64,000 nt of DNA from Candidatus Aldehydirespiratoraceae bacterium (GTDB lineage: Bacteria > Actinomycetota > Acidimicrobiia > Acidimicrobiales > Aldehydirespiratoraceae): assembly GCA_965221585.1 (NCBI GenBank), contig OZ244898.1:1017420-1081419 (forward strand), in the 5' to 3' direction. Below, piece by piece: positions 54,834 through 63,450 of the stretch (positions are counted from its first letter, which is position 1; every line of letters begins with the position of its first letter). Under the pieces are notes generated by a model that made no database searches, was not told the DNA's origin, and saw only the letters and a list, made by a program, of their open reading frames with translations. The translations under genes were made by a program, and so were the position numbers.

Positions 54834-56321
54834 ATGGCGGCCGTGAGCGGCAACGGGCTTCTGGAACCGGCGGAGGGGCTGCTTGACGGCTACGAGGCGA
54901 GCCGAACCTACGACGAGGTTTTTGATGCCGATGGCTCGGTCCGCGGCCCCTACCGGCAGATCGTCGAGCGGTTCCGCGAACTCGATGCCACCGAACTGCA
55001 ACGCCTTGAGAACCTGGTCGCCGGGGAGTTCCGCCGCCAGGGCATCACCTTCACCGTCTACAGCGAGGAGGAAGGCACCGAACGGATCTGGCCGATGGAC
55101 CTCTTCCCGCGGCTGATCGCTGCGGCCGAATGGGACGAACTGGCCCGCGGTCTGAGCCAACGGGTGGCTGCGCTCAACTGCTTCCTGGCGGACTTCTACA
55201 ACGGAGACGGCGAGGCGCTGGCCGATGGGGTCGTGCCACGCTGGCTGGTTGTCTCCTCGCAGGGATTCGAGCGCAACGCGGTCGGCATCACGGTCCCTCA
55301 CAAGGCGCACTGCAATATTGCGGGGATCGATGTGGTGCGTGGTGCCGACGGCCGGTATCGGGTGCTTGAGGACAATCTCCGCAACCCCAGCGGGATCTCA
55401 TATGTGGTGGAGAACCGGGCGGCAATGGCAAAGGTCTGTGCCTGGCTGTTCGACGACCATGCGGTGCAGCCCGCCGAGCAGTACGGAACGATGTTGCGCT
55501 CCACCCTGGAGTCGATGGCACCTGACGGCGGAGATTCGCCCCACATCGTGGTGTTGACGCCGGGCATCTTCAACTCGGCGTATTTTGAGCACGCATTCCT
55601 GGCCCGCTCGATGGGCGTGGAACTGGTGGAGGGCCGCGACCTGGTGGTGGACGATCACACGGTCTACTCCCGCACCATCGAGGGGCTCGTGAAGGTCGAC
55701 GTGATCTACAGGCGAATCGACGACGATTTCTTGGATCCGGTGTCGTTCAATCCCGACTCCGCTTTGGGGATCCCGGGATTGCTGAGCGCCCTGCGCGCCG
55801 GCAATGTCACGGTCTGCAACGCTCTTGGCAACGGTGTGGTCGACGACAAGGCTGTGTACCCCTACGTGCCCGACCTGATCCGCTACTACCTGGGTGCCGA
55901 GCCGATCATCGACAACGTCGAGACGTACACGATGTGGGACCCCGACCAACGGGCCGAGGCACTGGGGAGGCTGGACCAACTCGTGGCCAAACCGGTCGGA
56001 GAATCCGGGGGATACGGCGTGTTGATCGGACCCCACGCCAGCGAACAGGAACTCCAGGAGGCTCGGGCCACCATCGAGGCCGCACCCCGTGAGTGGATCG
56101 TGCAGGAACTGGTGCAACTGTCGACTCTGCCCGCCTGCGCGGACAACCGCCTTGAGCCCCGGCATCTGGATCTGCGTCCCTTCGTGCTCACGGGCGAGCG
56201 GACCGAGGTGTTCCCCGGTGGGCTCACCCGTGTGGCCATGCGGCGCGGGTCGTTGATCGTGAATTCATCCCAGGGCGGAGGGTCCAAGGACACCTGGGTG
56301 CTGGCCCACGAGTCGTCATGA
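54834..56321 (+). CDS. circularly permuted type-2 ATP-grasp protein (COG2308 family)
   Basis: 495 aa. ITFTVYSEEEGTERIWPMDLFPR, VLEDNLRNPSGISYV and VAKPVGESGGYGV are typical of this family. Confidence 0.85.
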   Translation: MAAVSGNGLLEPAEGLLDGYEASRTYDEVFDADGSVRGPYRQIVERFRELDATELQRLENLVAGEFRRQGITFTVYSEEEGTERIWPMDLFPRLIAAAEWDELARGLSQRVAALNCFLADFYNGDGEALADGVVPRWLVVSSQGFERNAVGITVPHKAHCNIAGIDVVRGADGRYRVLEDNLRNPSGISYVVENRAAMAKVCAWLFDDHAVQPAEQYGTMLRSTLESMAPDGGDSPHIVVLTPGIFNSAYFEHAFLARSMGVELVEGRDLVVDDHTVYSRTIEGLVKVDVIYRRIDDDFLDPVSFNPDSALGIPGLLSALRAGNVTVCNALGNGVVDDKAVYPYVPDLIRYYLGAEPIIDNVETYTMWDPDQRAEALGRLDQLVAKPVGESGGYGVLIGPHASEQELQEARATIEAAPREWIVQELVQLSTLPACADNRLEPRHLDLRPFVLTGERTEVFPGGLTRVAMRRGSLIVNSSQGGGSKDTWVLAHESS

Positions 56322-57283
56322 TTCTCGCGCGGCACGCTGATGCACTGCTGTGGACGGGCCGCTATCTGGAGCGCGCCGAGACGACTTCTCGGAGCCTGGA
56401 CTACGCGGCCAACTCGATCACCGGTCTACGTGCCGATGAAGCCCGGGCCGAGGGTGAACTGCTCGTCAAGACCCTGGGCCTTCAGGACGAACTGGAGGCA
56501 GTCGGTCCACTCGACAGCAGACCGCAACTGGTCGCATTCCTGTTGTCGGACACGGACAACCCCGGATCGCTGGTGTCGTCGATCATTGCGGTACGTGAGA
56601 ACCTTCGCTCGGTCCGGGATCGGATTCCGATCGAGCTCTGGGAGGAAGCGAACGGGCTGTATCTGAGGTTCCCGTTCCTGGGCCACGAGAACACGCCGAG
56701 CGATCTGCACGAGGTGCTGTTGATGGTCCGGCGGGCCTGCTTGGCGATCTCGGGAGTGCTGAACGAGGGCATGCGACGTGACGAGGGGCATGCATTTGTG
56801 GTGGTGGGCAGGATGCTGGAGCGGTCGATTTTCACGGTCGGTCTGCTGGAGGCGAGCCACAGCGATCCCAGGGGGGCGTTGGATGCCGGCCGAATGTTGC
56901 GCTTGACCAGTTCGGTGCAGGCCTACCACCGGCAGCACGGCAACGCCCCCGACTTCGACGGCGTGGTGCGCTACTTGCTGCACGCCGATGATCTGCCCCG
57001 TTCGGTGATGTCTTGTCTGGTTCGCGCCGAGGAGTGCCTCATTGAATTGGCCTCGGGTGCGGTGGCGTTGGATCGCCCCCGTCGCAGGATCGCCCTGCTT
57101 CGCTCCCGCTTGGAGTTCGGCGACTTGGCGGAGGCTATGGCGGACGCTCCCGGACCAGCGCTGTTGGAGTTCGGGTCGGAGTTGGCGGAGGTGGCCTCCG
57201 ATGTGCAAGCCGGTATCGCCCCGCCTGCGACCCTGGCCGCACCCCGCTCGCAGTACCTGCGCCCCGGCGGTCCGTTGCGATGA
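56318..57283 (+). CDS. alpha-E domain protein (COG2307 family)
   Basis: All-helical 321 aa starting ARHADALLWTGRYLERAE. ATGA overlap with the ATP-grasp stop. Confidence 0.8.
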   Translation: MILARHADALLWTGRYLERAETTSRSLDYAANSITGLRADEARAEGELLVKTLGLQDELEAVGPLDSRPQLVAFLLSDTDNPGSLVSSIIAVRENLRSVRDRIPIELWEEANGLYLRFPFLGHENTPSDLHEVLLMVRRACLAISGVLNEGMRRDEGHAFVVVGRMLERSIFTVGLLEASHSDPRGALDAGRMLRLTSSVQAYHRQHGNAPDFDGVVRYLLHADDLPRSVMSCLVRAEECLIELASGAVALDRPRRRIALLRSRLEFGDLAEAMADAPGPALLEFGSELAEVASDVQAGIAPPATLAAPRSQYLRPGGPLR

Positions 57284-57304
57284 GGTTTGTGCGATGAGGT
57301 TTGT
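57277..57304. repeat. 14-bp tandem duplication GCGATGAGGTTTGT x2 at the alpha-E/transglutaminase junction
   Basis: Exact copies at 57277-57290 and 57291-57304, followed by GCGATGAAG, which contains the transglutaminase ATG at 57308. Confidence 0.9.
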
Positions 57305-57307
57305 GCG

Positions 57308-58288
57308 ATGAAGCTCGGAATCTCCTACCGGTTGCACTTTCATTACTCGGAGGCCGTGACCGAATCGCAGAACGAGGTGCGTGTGCGGCCCCGAGACGAC
57401 GAGTCCCAGCGGGTGCTCTCATATCAGCTCTCGTCACGCCCGGAGCTGGCGGTCCTTTCGGTTCGAGACTATTGGGGCACGGTCGTTGAGCACCTCGGCA
57501 TCCGTACGCCGCATACCGAACTGGAGCTGGTGGCGGAGGCTGAGGTGGAGACTGCGCCGCGTTCGGTGCCCTCTGGCGCGCAGGCGATCACGGCGCTGGC
57601 TGACGAAGATTTCCGGTCCGAGTTCCTGGAGTATCTGTCGTCGTCGCAGCATGTGGAGTGGGACAGTGACGATGTGGTTGCACAGCGGGCCGCTGCGGCG
57701 GTTGCCGGCGCTTCATCGGTGCAGGAGATGGTCTCGGCCGTGGTGGCCGAGGTACGTGCCGCACTCGTCTATAGGCAGGACAGCACTGACATCGGGGTGA
57801 CACTGCCGGAGTTGCTCGAGGGTGGTGAGGGAGTGTGTCAGGACTTCGCGCACTTGGCGTTGGGGATGTTGCGCAGCGTGGGTGTTCCCGCCCGTTATGT
57901 GTCGGGCTATCTGTTCGCTGCCGACGAGTCCGCGCCCGATGCGCCGGATGCAGACTTGGTGAGCGTGCAGACCCATGCCTGGATCGAGGTTGCAGTGCCT
58001 GGCTGGGGCTGGTGGGCTCTTGATCCGACCAACGGGGGAGAGGTCGGTGAGCGTCACGTGGTGATTGGCTACGGCCGCGACTACGGCGACGTTCCGCCGG
58101 TCCGAGGTGTGTTCACAGGCTCGGGATTGGCCGAAGTGGAGTCCGAGGTGGTGATCTACAAGAAGACTGACGGTGCCGCCCGTACCGTTGCCCCCGTGCC
58201 CGCCACCCCACGCTCCGCGCCCGCCACGGTGCGTTCCGTGATCCAACACGACCACCGGTCCGCCCAACAAGCCTCCCAACAGCAGTGA
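57308..58288 (+). CDS. transglutaminase-like cysteine peptidase family protein (COG1305)
   Basis: N-terminal Bact_transglu_N-like region (LGISYRLHFHYSE). Catalytic triad contexts EGVCQDFAHL, QTHAWIEV and ALDPTNG. Confidence 0.85.
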   Translation: MKLGISYRLHFHYSEAVTESQNEVRVRPRDDESQRVLSYQLSSRPELAVLSVRDYWGTVVEHLGIRTPHTELELVAEAEVETAPRSVPSGAQAITALADEDFRSEFLEYLSSSQHVEWDSDDVVAQRAAAAVAGASSVQEMVSAVVAEVRAALVYRQDSTDIGVTLPELLEGGEGVCQDFAHLALGMLRSVGVPARYVSGYLFAADESAPDAPDADLVSVQTHAWIEVAVPGWGWWALDPTNGGEVGERHVVIGYGRDYGDVPPVRGVFTGSGLAEVESEVVIYKKTDGAARTVAPVPATPRSAPATVRSVIQHDHRSAQQASQQQ

Positions 58289-58328
58289 CCCAAATCGCCA
58301 GGTAGTGGTTTGCGTTTTTCTGCGACTC

Positions 58329-59243
58329 TCACACTGGGAATTGCACGTTGGTGAGGTCTTCTGAGGCGGCCCAGAGGCGCTGCTGGATCTGGGAGTTGTG
58401 GGAGCGGTCGCTGGAGGACACCAAGATCGGGTGACCCCGGGTCTCCTGGAAACCGTCGGGGCCGTAGTACTGGCCGCCGTGCGCGGCGGGATCGACAGCC
58501 GCCCGCAGTGTCGGAAGGGCACCCATCGCCGCGCGCTGCGCCATGACCTTCAGCATCGGCTCGAACAACCGGCCCCCGGGAATATGGCGCCCAAGCTCGG
58601 TAGCCGAACCGCCGGGATGAGCGGCTAAAGCCATCGTCTCAGCACCCGCCGCGCGCAGACGACGCTCCAACTCATAGGTGAACAAGAGGTTCGCCAGCTT
58701 CGAACGGCCGTACGCAGCCACCCGGTTGTAACGCCGCTCAGCCCCAAGATCGTCGAAGTCGATCTTCGAGAGAATGCGGTGACCGACGCTGCTCACCGTG
58801 ACCACCCGCGACCCGGCGACGCCCAACAGATGATGCAGCACCAAGCCGGTGAACGCGAAGTGACCCAGATGATTCGTGCCGAACTGCATCTCGAAACCGT
58901 CGGCGGTCTTGGATCGCGGCGTGTACATGACCCCGGCGTTGTTGATCAGGAGGTCAATGCGCTCAAATCGCTCTGCCAGCTCCGCAGCAGCCCCACGGAT
59001 CGAGTCCAGAGACGCCAGATCGAGTTCCAGCAACTCGAGGCTGGCAGCGCCATGGTCGGCCTGGATCGCTTCGAGGGCTGCTTGCCCTTTCTCCAAATTG
59101 CGCACGGCCAGCACCACCAAGGCACCGCTGCCAGCCAAAGCCCGCGCCGTTTCGAGGCCGAGGCCGGTGTTGGCACCAGTCACTACCGCCACCCGTCCCG
59201 ACTGGTCTGCGATGTAGTCAACGGTCCACTTCTTGTCACTCAT
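58329..59243 (-). CDS. short-chain dehydrogenase/reductase (retinol-dehydrogenase-like)
   Basis: ATG 59243 (MSDKKWTV). VVTGANTGLGLE, NNAG, YGRSKLAN. The longer track ORF is an Arg-rich artefact. Confidence 0.9.
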   Translation of the reverse strand: MSDKKWTVDYIADQSGRVAVVTGANTGLGLETARALAGSGALVVLAVRNLEKGQAALEAIQADHGAASLELLELDLASLDSIRGAAAELAERFERIDLLINNAGVMYTPRSKTADGFEMQFGTNHLGHFAFTGLVLHHLLGVAGSRVVTVSSVGHRILSKIDFDDLGAERRYNRVAAYGRSKLANLLFTYELERRLRAAGAETMALAAHPGGSATELGRHIPGGRLFEPMLKVMAQRAAMGALPTLRAAVDPAAHGGQYYGPDGFQETRGHPILVSSSDRSHNSQIQQRLWAASEDLTNVQFPV

Positions 59244-59311
59244 CGGGTTGCCCTGTCGTTGGTCGCTGTGGTTCGACGAACTGTACCGGCTCGACAACGG
59301 CGACTGAGCGT

Positions 59312-59908
59312 TCAGCGTCGGCCGAACCAGCGCACGCCCAACAGAGAACCGATCATGCCGCCGGCACTCGACAGCGCCAGGTCGCCGATGGTATCGCCGT
59401 AGGTCAGCGACAGCCCGCCTCCCGCGCCGGTCTCGGCCACGATCCACTCGGCGATCTCCCAGCCGACTATGGCCAACGCGCCGATTCCTGCTCCCAACAG
59501 CCAGGCATCTGCCTTCGATATATCGCTTGCAGAGTCGATGCGCCGGAATCGCCATGCGTGGAACGCCGACACCAACAGCACCCAGTTCAACGTGTGCAGC
59601 ACGTCGTCGGTCGCAGCGAACGAATCGTAGAAGCCCACGAGGTTGCCGAGTGTGTCCAGCAGGAACGGCAGCACTACCAACACGTCCGCGGTCGCAGGAT
59701 ACGGAGCGAAACGCCGTCGCCAAGCGACGGGAACCACCACCGTGGAAAGCATGAACAGAGGGAACCGAAACCCCATGCCCTTGCCTTCGAGATGGTCGAG
59801 AGGAACGGTCAAGGCGACAACGAACGCGAGTGCCAAGGCCACCTTCATCGCGACAGCCAAACGAATCCCCCAAGCCCCGCTGTCGAGGCGAGCTACTCCG
59901 TTGCTCAC
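59312..59908 (-). CDS. hypothetical polytopic membrane protein
   Basis: 198 aa with 5-6 hydrophobic segments. GTG start (ATG 59848 is an alternative). No family recognised. Confidence 0.5.
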   Translation of the reverse strand: MSNGVARLDSGAWGIRLAVAMKVALALAFVVALTVPLDHLEGKGMGFRFPLFMLSTVVVPVAWRRRFAPYPATADVLVVLPFLLDTLGNLVGFYDSFAATDDVLHTLNWVLLVSAFHAWRFRRIDSASDISKADAWLLGAGIGALAIVGWEIAEWIVAETGAGGGLSLTYGDTIGDLALSSAGGMIGSLLGVRWFGRR

Positions 59909-59947
59909 GCGGATGCCCTCGTTACCGACAGCATGACAGCAGATCGC

Positions 59948-61042
59948 CTAGGCGAGTTTCGTAGCAATGTCGGTGGCCGACCGCAGCGCCGCGCCGTCAC
60001 TCGTCGTGTTCCACGATCCGGGGTGAACGGGCTGCTTCTCCGCCTCGGCGAGCAGATCAGTGAGCAACGTCACCCGGTCGACCCCGACAGCGGACCACAG
60101 GTACAACCCGAATGCGCCGGGGATCGGATTGATTTCGTTCAACAGGACTCTGCCGTCGCCGTCCCACAGGAAATCCACGCGTGGAGCGCCGCTGATCTGC
60201 ATTGCCAAAGCGAGATCCCGAGCGGCGTCCTCAATCGTCGCTGAGATCCCCGAAGGCAGCTCGGCGGGCAGTTCACGAGGGGCAGACTCCATCCCCTCAG
60301 CACCTGAGAGATACTTGGTGGCGTAGTCGTAGACACCGTCGGACAAAGGCCGTTCGATCGCCGACACCTGCAGTCGGGGGTAGGTGCGCACAGCGATATT
60401 CAGATCGACCCATCCTTCGAGGTACGGCTGCACCACCAGCCCTGAACGCGCCGATGTGCCCTTCGAAAGCGCCTCGATCGTCGCGGCATCGCCGATGCCG
60501 ACCTCGACACCGATCGATGAACCGCCGAAGCGAGGCTTGACCGCCCACGGAGGACCGAACGGCGCAGCAAACTCAGCCCCCGGTTCGAAGGGAACACTCG
60601 GGATCGTCTCGATACCGATCGCATCGGCGACCGCTGTGGTTGCCAGCTTGTCCATCGACAACGCGCAGGATCGGGCGTTGGGTCCGGTAACACGCATTCC
60701 GGCGAGGCGGAGCAGCGAGTCCAAGCCGCCGTCCTCGCCCGGACCACCATGGCAGCAGTTCAACACGACATCGATGTCGAGGGGCCGGTTCCGTCGGCGT
60801 CCCCGTTCGGCGAAGCCGCCCGGAATCGTGAACTCGACCGGAGAGAAACCCTCCCGGTCCGGCCCGGCGAAGTCCTTGGCCTCCGCGTCGGCGGGCACAC
60901 ACTCGAATCTCGCCTGCTTCGTCCAGTAGAGGAGGCTCGTATCGGTGCCGGCATCGCGCAACAGTCGCGCCGCCTGCAGACCGGTCAGAATGCTGATGTC
61001 GTGCTCCGGTGACAGCCCCCCGAATACAACTGCGACCTTCAA
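59948..61042 (-). CDS. ddl: D-alanine--D-alanine ligase family ATP-grasp enzyme
   Basis: VVFGGLSPEHDIS, HGGPGEDGG, YDYATKYL, RVDFLWDGDGRVLLNEINPIPG. TTG start. Confidence 0.85.
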   Translation of the reverse strand: MKVAVVFGGLSPEHDISILTGLQAARLLRDAGTDTSLLYWTKQARFECVPADAEAKDFAGPDREGFSPVEFTIPGGFAERGRRRNRPLDIDVVLNCCHGGPGEDGGLDSLLRLAGMRVTGPNARSCALSMDKLATTAVADAIGIETIPSVPFEPGAEFAAPFGPPWAVKPRFGGSSIGVEVGIGDAATIEALSKGTSARSGLVVQPYLEGWVDLNIAVRTYPRLQVSAIERPLSDGVYDYATKYLSGAEGMESAPRELPAELPSGISATIEDAARDLALAMQISGAPRVDFLWDGDGRVLLNEINPIPGAFGLYLWSAVGVDRVTLLTDLLAEAEKQPVHPGSWNTTSDGAALRSATDIATKLA

Positions 61043-61070
61043 CTTGGCCTCCTAGGTCCTACGCAGAGTC

Positions 61071-62609
61071 TTACGCATAATGGTCGGGAAGATCGTTCTC
61101 CCAGAGGACACCGTCACCTGCGCTGAGATTGAGGCGAACCCATTCCCTCGCAGCGTCACGGCTCGACACGTCGATCACGATACCGCCAACCGCAGATGCG
61201 CCACGGCGAAGGGCGGTGCGGTTGGTCCGGCCGACGATGACGAGTTCGCAGCCGGATTCGGCCACCAGCCGGGCGAACTCAGCGTTCTCGGAGTCTTGAA
61301 GCGGGCCCAGTTCGATCATCCCGGGCGTCACAACCACCGATCGGCCCTCGCTGCTGTGCTCCAAAAGCGTGGCCAGCGCCTCGGAGGCACCCGCGGGGTT
61401 CGAGTTGAAGGTGTTGTCGATGATCGTGATGCCCGAGTCCGCAACCGAAACGCTCGCCCGGTGCTCGCCCGTCTCTAGCGTCTCGATCAGGGCTACCAGT
61501 CGGTCAGGGGGCACCCCAACCTCCACGGCCAACGCCACTGCCACCGCAACGTTCGACCGTTGTACTGACGGGTGAAGCGAACTGAGAGGGTACGACTCGG
61601 CGAAGTAGTCGAGCGTCAAGCCTGGTTCGTTTTCTTGAACCGACACCCGCACATCCGCAGAACTGTCCGGTCTGCCCGAACAGCGGATCACCCGATGGTT
61701 CTCCGCGAGCCGATCGGCCTGGCCGGCCAACTCCGGCGAGTCAACATTGAGCACGACGGTCCGAGCGCCCTCGGCGATCTCCAATTTGGCGGCGACAATC
61801 TCGGTGATCGAACCCATACGTTCAAGGTGGACCGGGCCGATGGCGGTGATCGCCACGACCTCAGGTTCGATCCAGCCGCAAAGCGCCCGAATCTCTCCGG
61901 GGCCGTATGTGCCCATCTCGGCGATGAAGACTTCCGTCGAGTTGCCGAGATGCTCGTTGACGGCCCTCGACAAGCCTGCCTGGTTGTTCCACGACGCGGG
62001 GGAAGCGACCGTCGGTCGCAGCGGACTCACAAACGCTGCCAAATGCTCCTTGGTAGAGGTCTTTCCGTAGGACCCCGTGATCGCGACCACCAGCGGACCC
62101 ACCTCCCGGAGCCGTTCGGCCGCACTGCGCTGGAAACGCCTTGCGAGCCGTGACTCCACAGGAACGGCAACCGTCAGCGCGGCATCGACCGCAACGAACC
62201 CGAACAACGAGCAGATCGCCGCGGCCGAAGAGGTGGTCGCAAAGACACTCAGAAGCCACAGGGCAACACCCCAGATCAGTACCGCCAGCGCGGCAGTGGT
62301 CTTCATCCGCCGCGTGAACCGCAACTTGGAACTCCTGCCGCGTAGAGGAAGCCCGACCGGAGTCACAGCCGCTATCACCGCAACCGCTGCGGCCAGTATG
62401 ATCCGCGTCGAGCCGGCTACTACGATCGCCGCCGCGGTGCCGGCAAGCCCGCCCATGGCGAGGCCCACGTTGGGCACCGGGGTTGTTTCCAGCCAGCGGA
62501 ACAGCGTCGTGTTGACCGATCCCGGCAGGTAGTGCTCGCGCTGGGCGACGCGCCACCACTTCGGCATCCAGACCAACGCGGAGGCCGCGGCCACGAGAAC
62601 TGGAATCAC
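61071..62609 (-). CDS. MurF-type Mur ligase with a polytopic membrane N-terminus in place of the usual domain 1
   Basis: Residues 1-160 are about four hydrophobic helices. Then P-loop ITGSYGKTSTKE, WNNQAG, AIGPVHLE, DNTFNSNPAGA and TPGMIELG (MurF central and C-terminal landmarks). GTGA overlap with the upstream hydrolase. Confidence 0.8.
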   Translation of the reverse strand: MIPVLVAAASALVWMPKWWRVAQREHYLPGSVNTTLFRWLETTPVPNVGLAMGGLAGTAAAIVVAGSTRIILAAAVAVIAAVTPVGLPLRGRSSKLRFTRRMKTTAALAVLIWGVALWLLSVFATTSSAAAICSLFGFVAVDAALTVAVPVESRLARRFQRSAAERLREVGPLVVAITGSYGKTSTKEHLAAFVSPLRPTVASPASWNNQAGLSRAVNEHLGNSTEVFIAEMGTYGPGEIRALCGWIEPEVVAITAIGPVHLERMGSITEIVAAKLEIAEGARTVVLNVDSPELAGQADRLAENHRVIRCSGRPDSSADVRVSVQENEPGLTLDYFAESYPLSSLHPSVQRSNVAVAVALAVEVGVPPDRLVALIETLETGEHRASVSVADSGITIIDNTFNSNPAGASEALATLLEHSSEGRSVVVTPGMIELGPLQDSENAEFARLVAESGCELVIVGRTNRTALRRGASAVGGIVIDVSSRDAAREWVRLNLSAGDGVLWENDLPDHYA

Positions 62610-63346
62610 TGGCGCACGAGCCGATCAATCGTCTCAACAAACAGTTCGGGATGCTCAAGATGGATGTCGTGGCCGCAATCCCGCTCTTCGAGGGTCGAGC
62701 CGTTGACGATCCGTTGTGCGCGTCTGGCGTCGGTGACCGGCGCGGCAGTGTCGCTTCGACCCCACACGAACGCCGTCGGGCAGCGAAGCTCGGCCAGGTC
62801 GTCCTCGTATGACTCGTTCACAACTCTGACTAGCACCTCCCGCATCACACCTGAAGCGGCCAGATAGTCCGCAGAACCGTGTCTGGCGCGGGCGGACTCG
62901 AGCCGGGCGTCGCTGGTGATCCCCAACCGGTTGAGCCTTCTGATGGTGCGGTACCGCAGCGGCGGTCTGGCGCGCGTCCGGCTGCGGAACAGAGGCGTGC
63001 CGGCGATGATCAAGCCGCAGACAGAGTCCGGTTCGGCTGTTGCGATCTTCAGGGCGACCCGACCTCCGAAGGAGTGACCGACCAGAAGCATCCGTTTCGA
63101 GCCGGTCCAGTTCCTGACCGCATCGAGGACGGCCGTCGCGTAACCGCTCGAACCCATGGCCTCGGGCGGCTGCACTGACGAACCGAAACCGGGAAGGTCG
63201 GGCGACATTCCCGGCCTCTGGCCCGCCACAGCCGAGAAATCACGCCGTGAACGGCCCCAGCCGTGCAGATAGACGATCGGAACATCGACAGGAGCAGAAG
63301 GAACCTCAGCGATGAGTCCCAGGGTCCCGAATGTTGCTACAGGCAT
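62606..63346 (-). CDS. alpha/beta hydrolase
   Basis: VYLHGWGRS, nucleophile elbow LVGHSFGGRVA, late His in CGHDIHLE. Confidence 0.8.
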   Translation of the reverse strand: MPVATFGTLGLIAEVPSAPVDVPIVYLHGWGRSRRDFSAVAGQRPGMSPDLPGFGSSVQPPEAMGSSGYATAVLDAVRNWTGSKRMLLVGHSFGGRVALKIATAEPDSVCGLIIAGTPLFRSRTRARPPLRYRTIRRLNRLGITSDARLESARARHGSADYLAASGVMREVLVRVVNESYEDDLAELRCPTAFVWGRSDTAAPVTDARRAQRIVNGSTLEERDCGHDIHLEHPELFVETIDRLVRQ

Positions 63347-63450
63347 CTAGTGGTCGCTCCCGTCACCCTCTGATCCTAGCTAGGCACCTGAGCGGGGTCG
63401 TACCACGGCTGCTTGCGCGTCGGGGCAAGGAAACAGGCACACTTGGGGTT

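Noticed and set aside
59948-62609. Interpreting the Ddl plus MurF-like pair as a glycopeptide-resistance (van) locus.
   Set aside because: There are no vanH, vanX or vanRS-type genes in the neighbourhood, and nothing in the Ddl sequence that I can read by eye distinguishes a D-Ala-D-Lac ligase.
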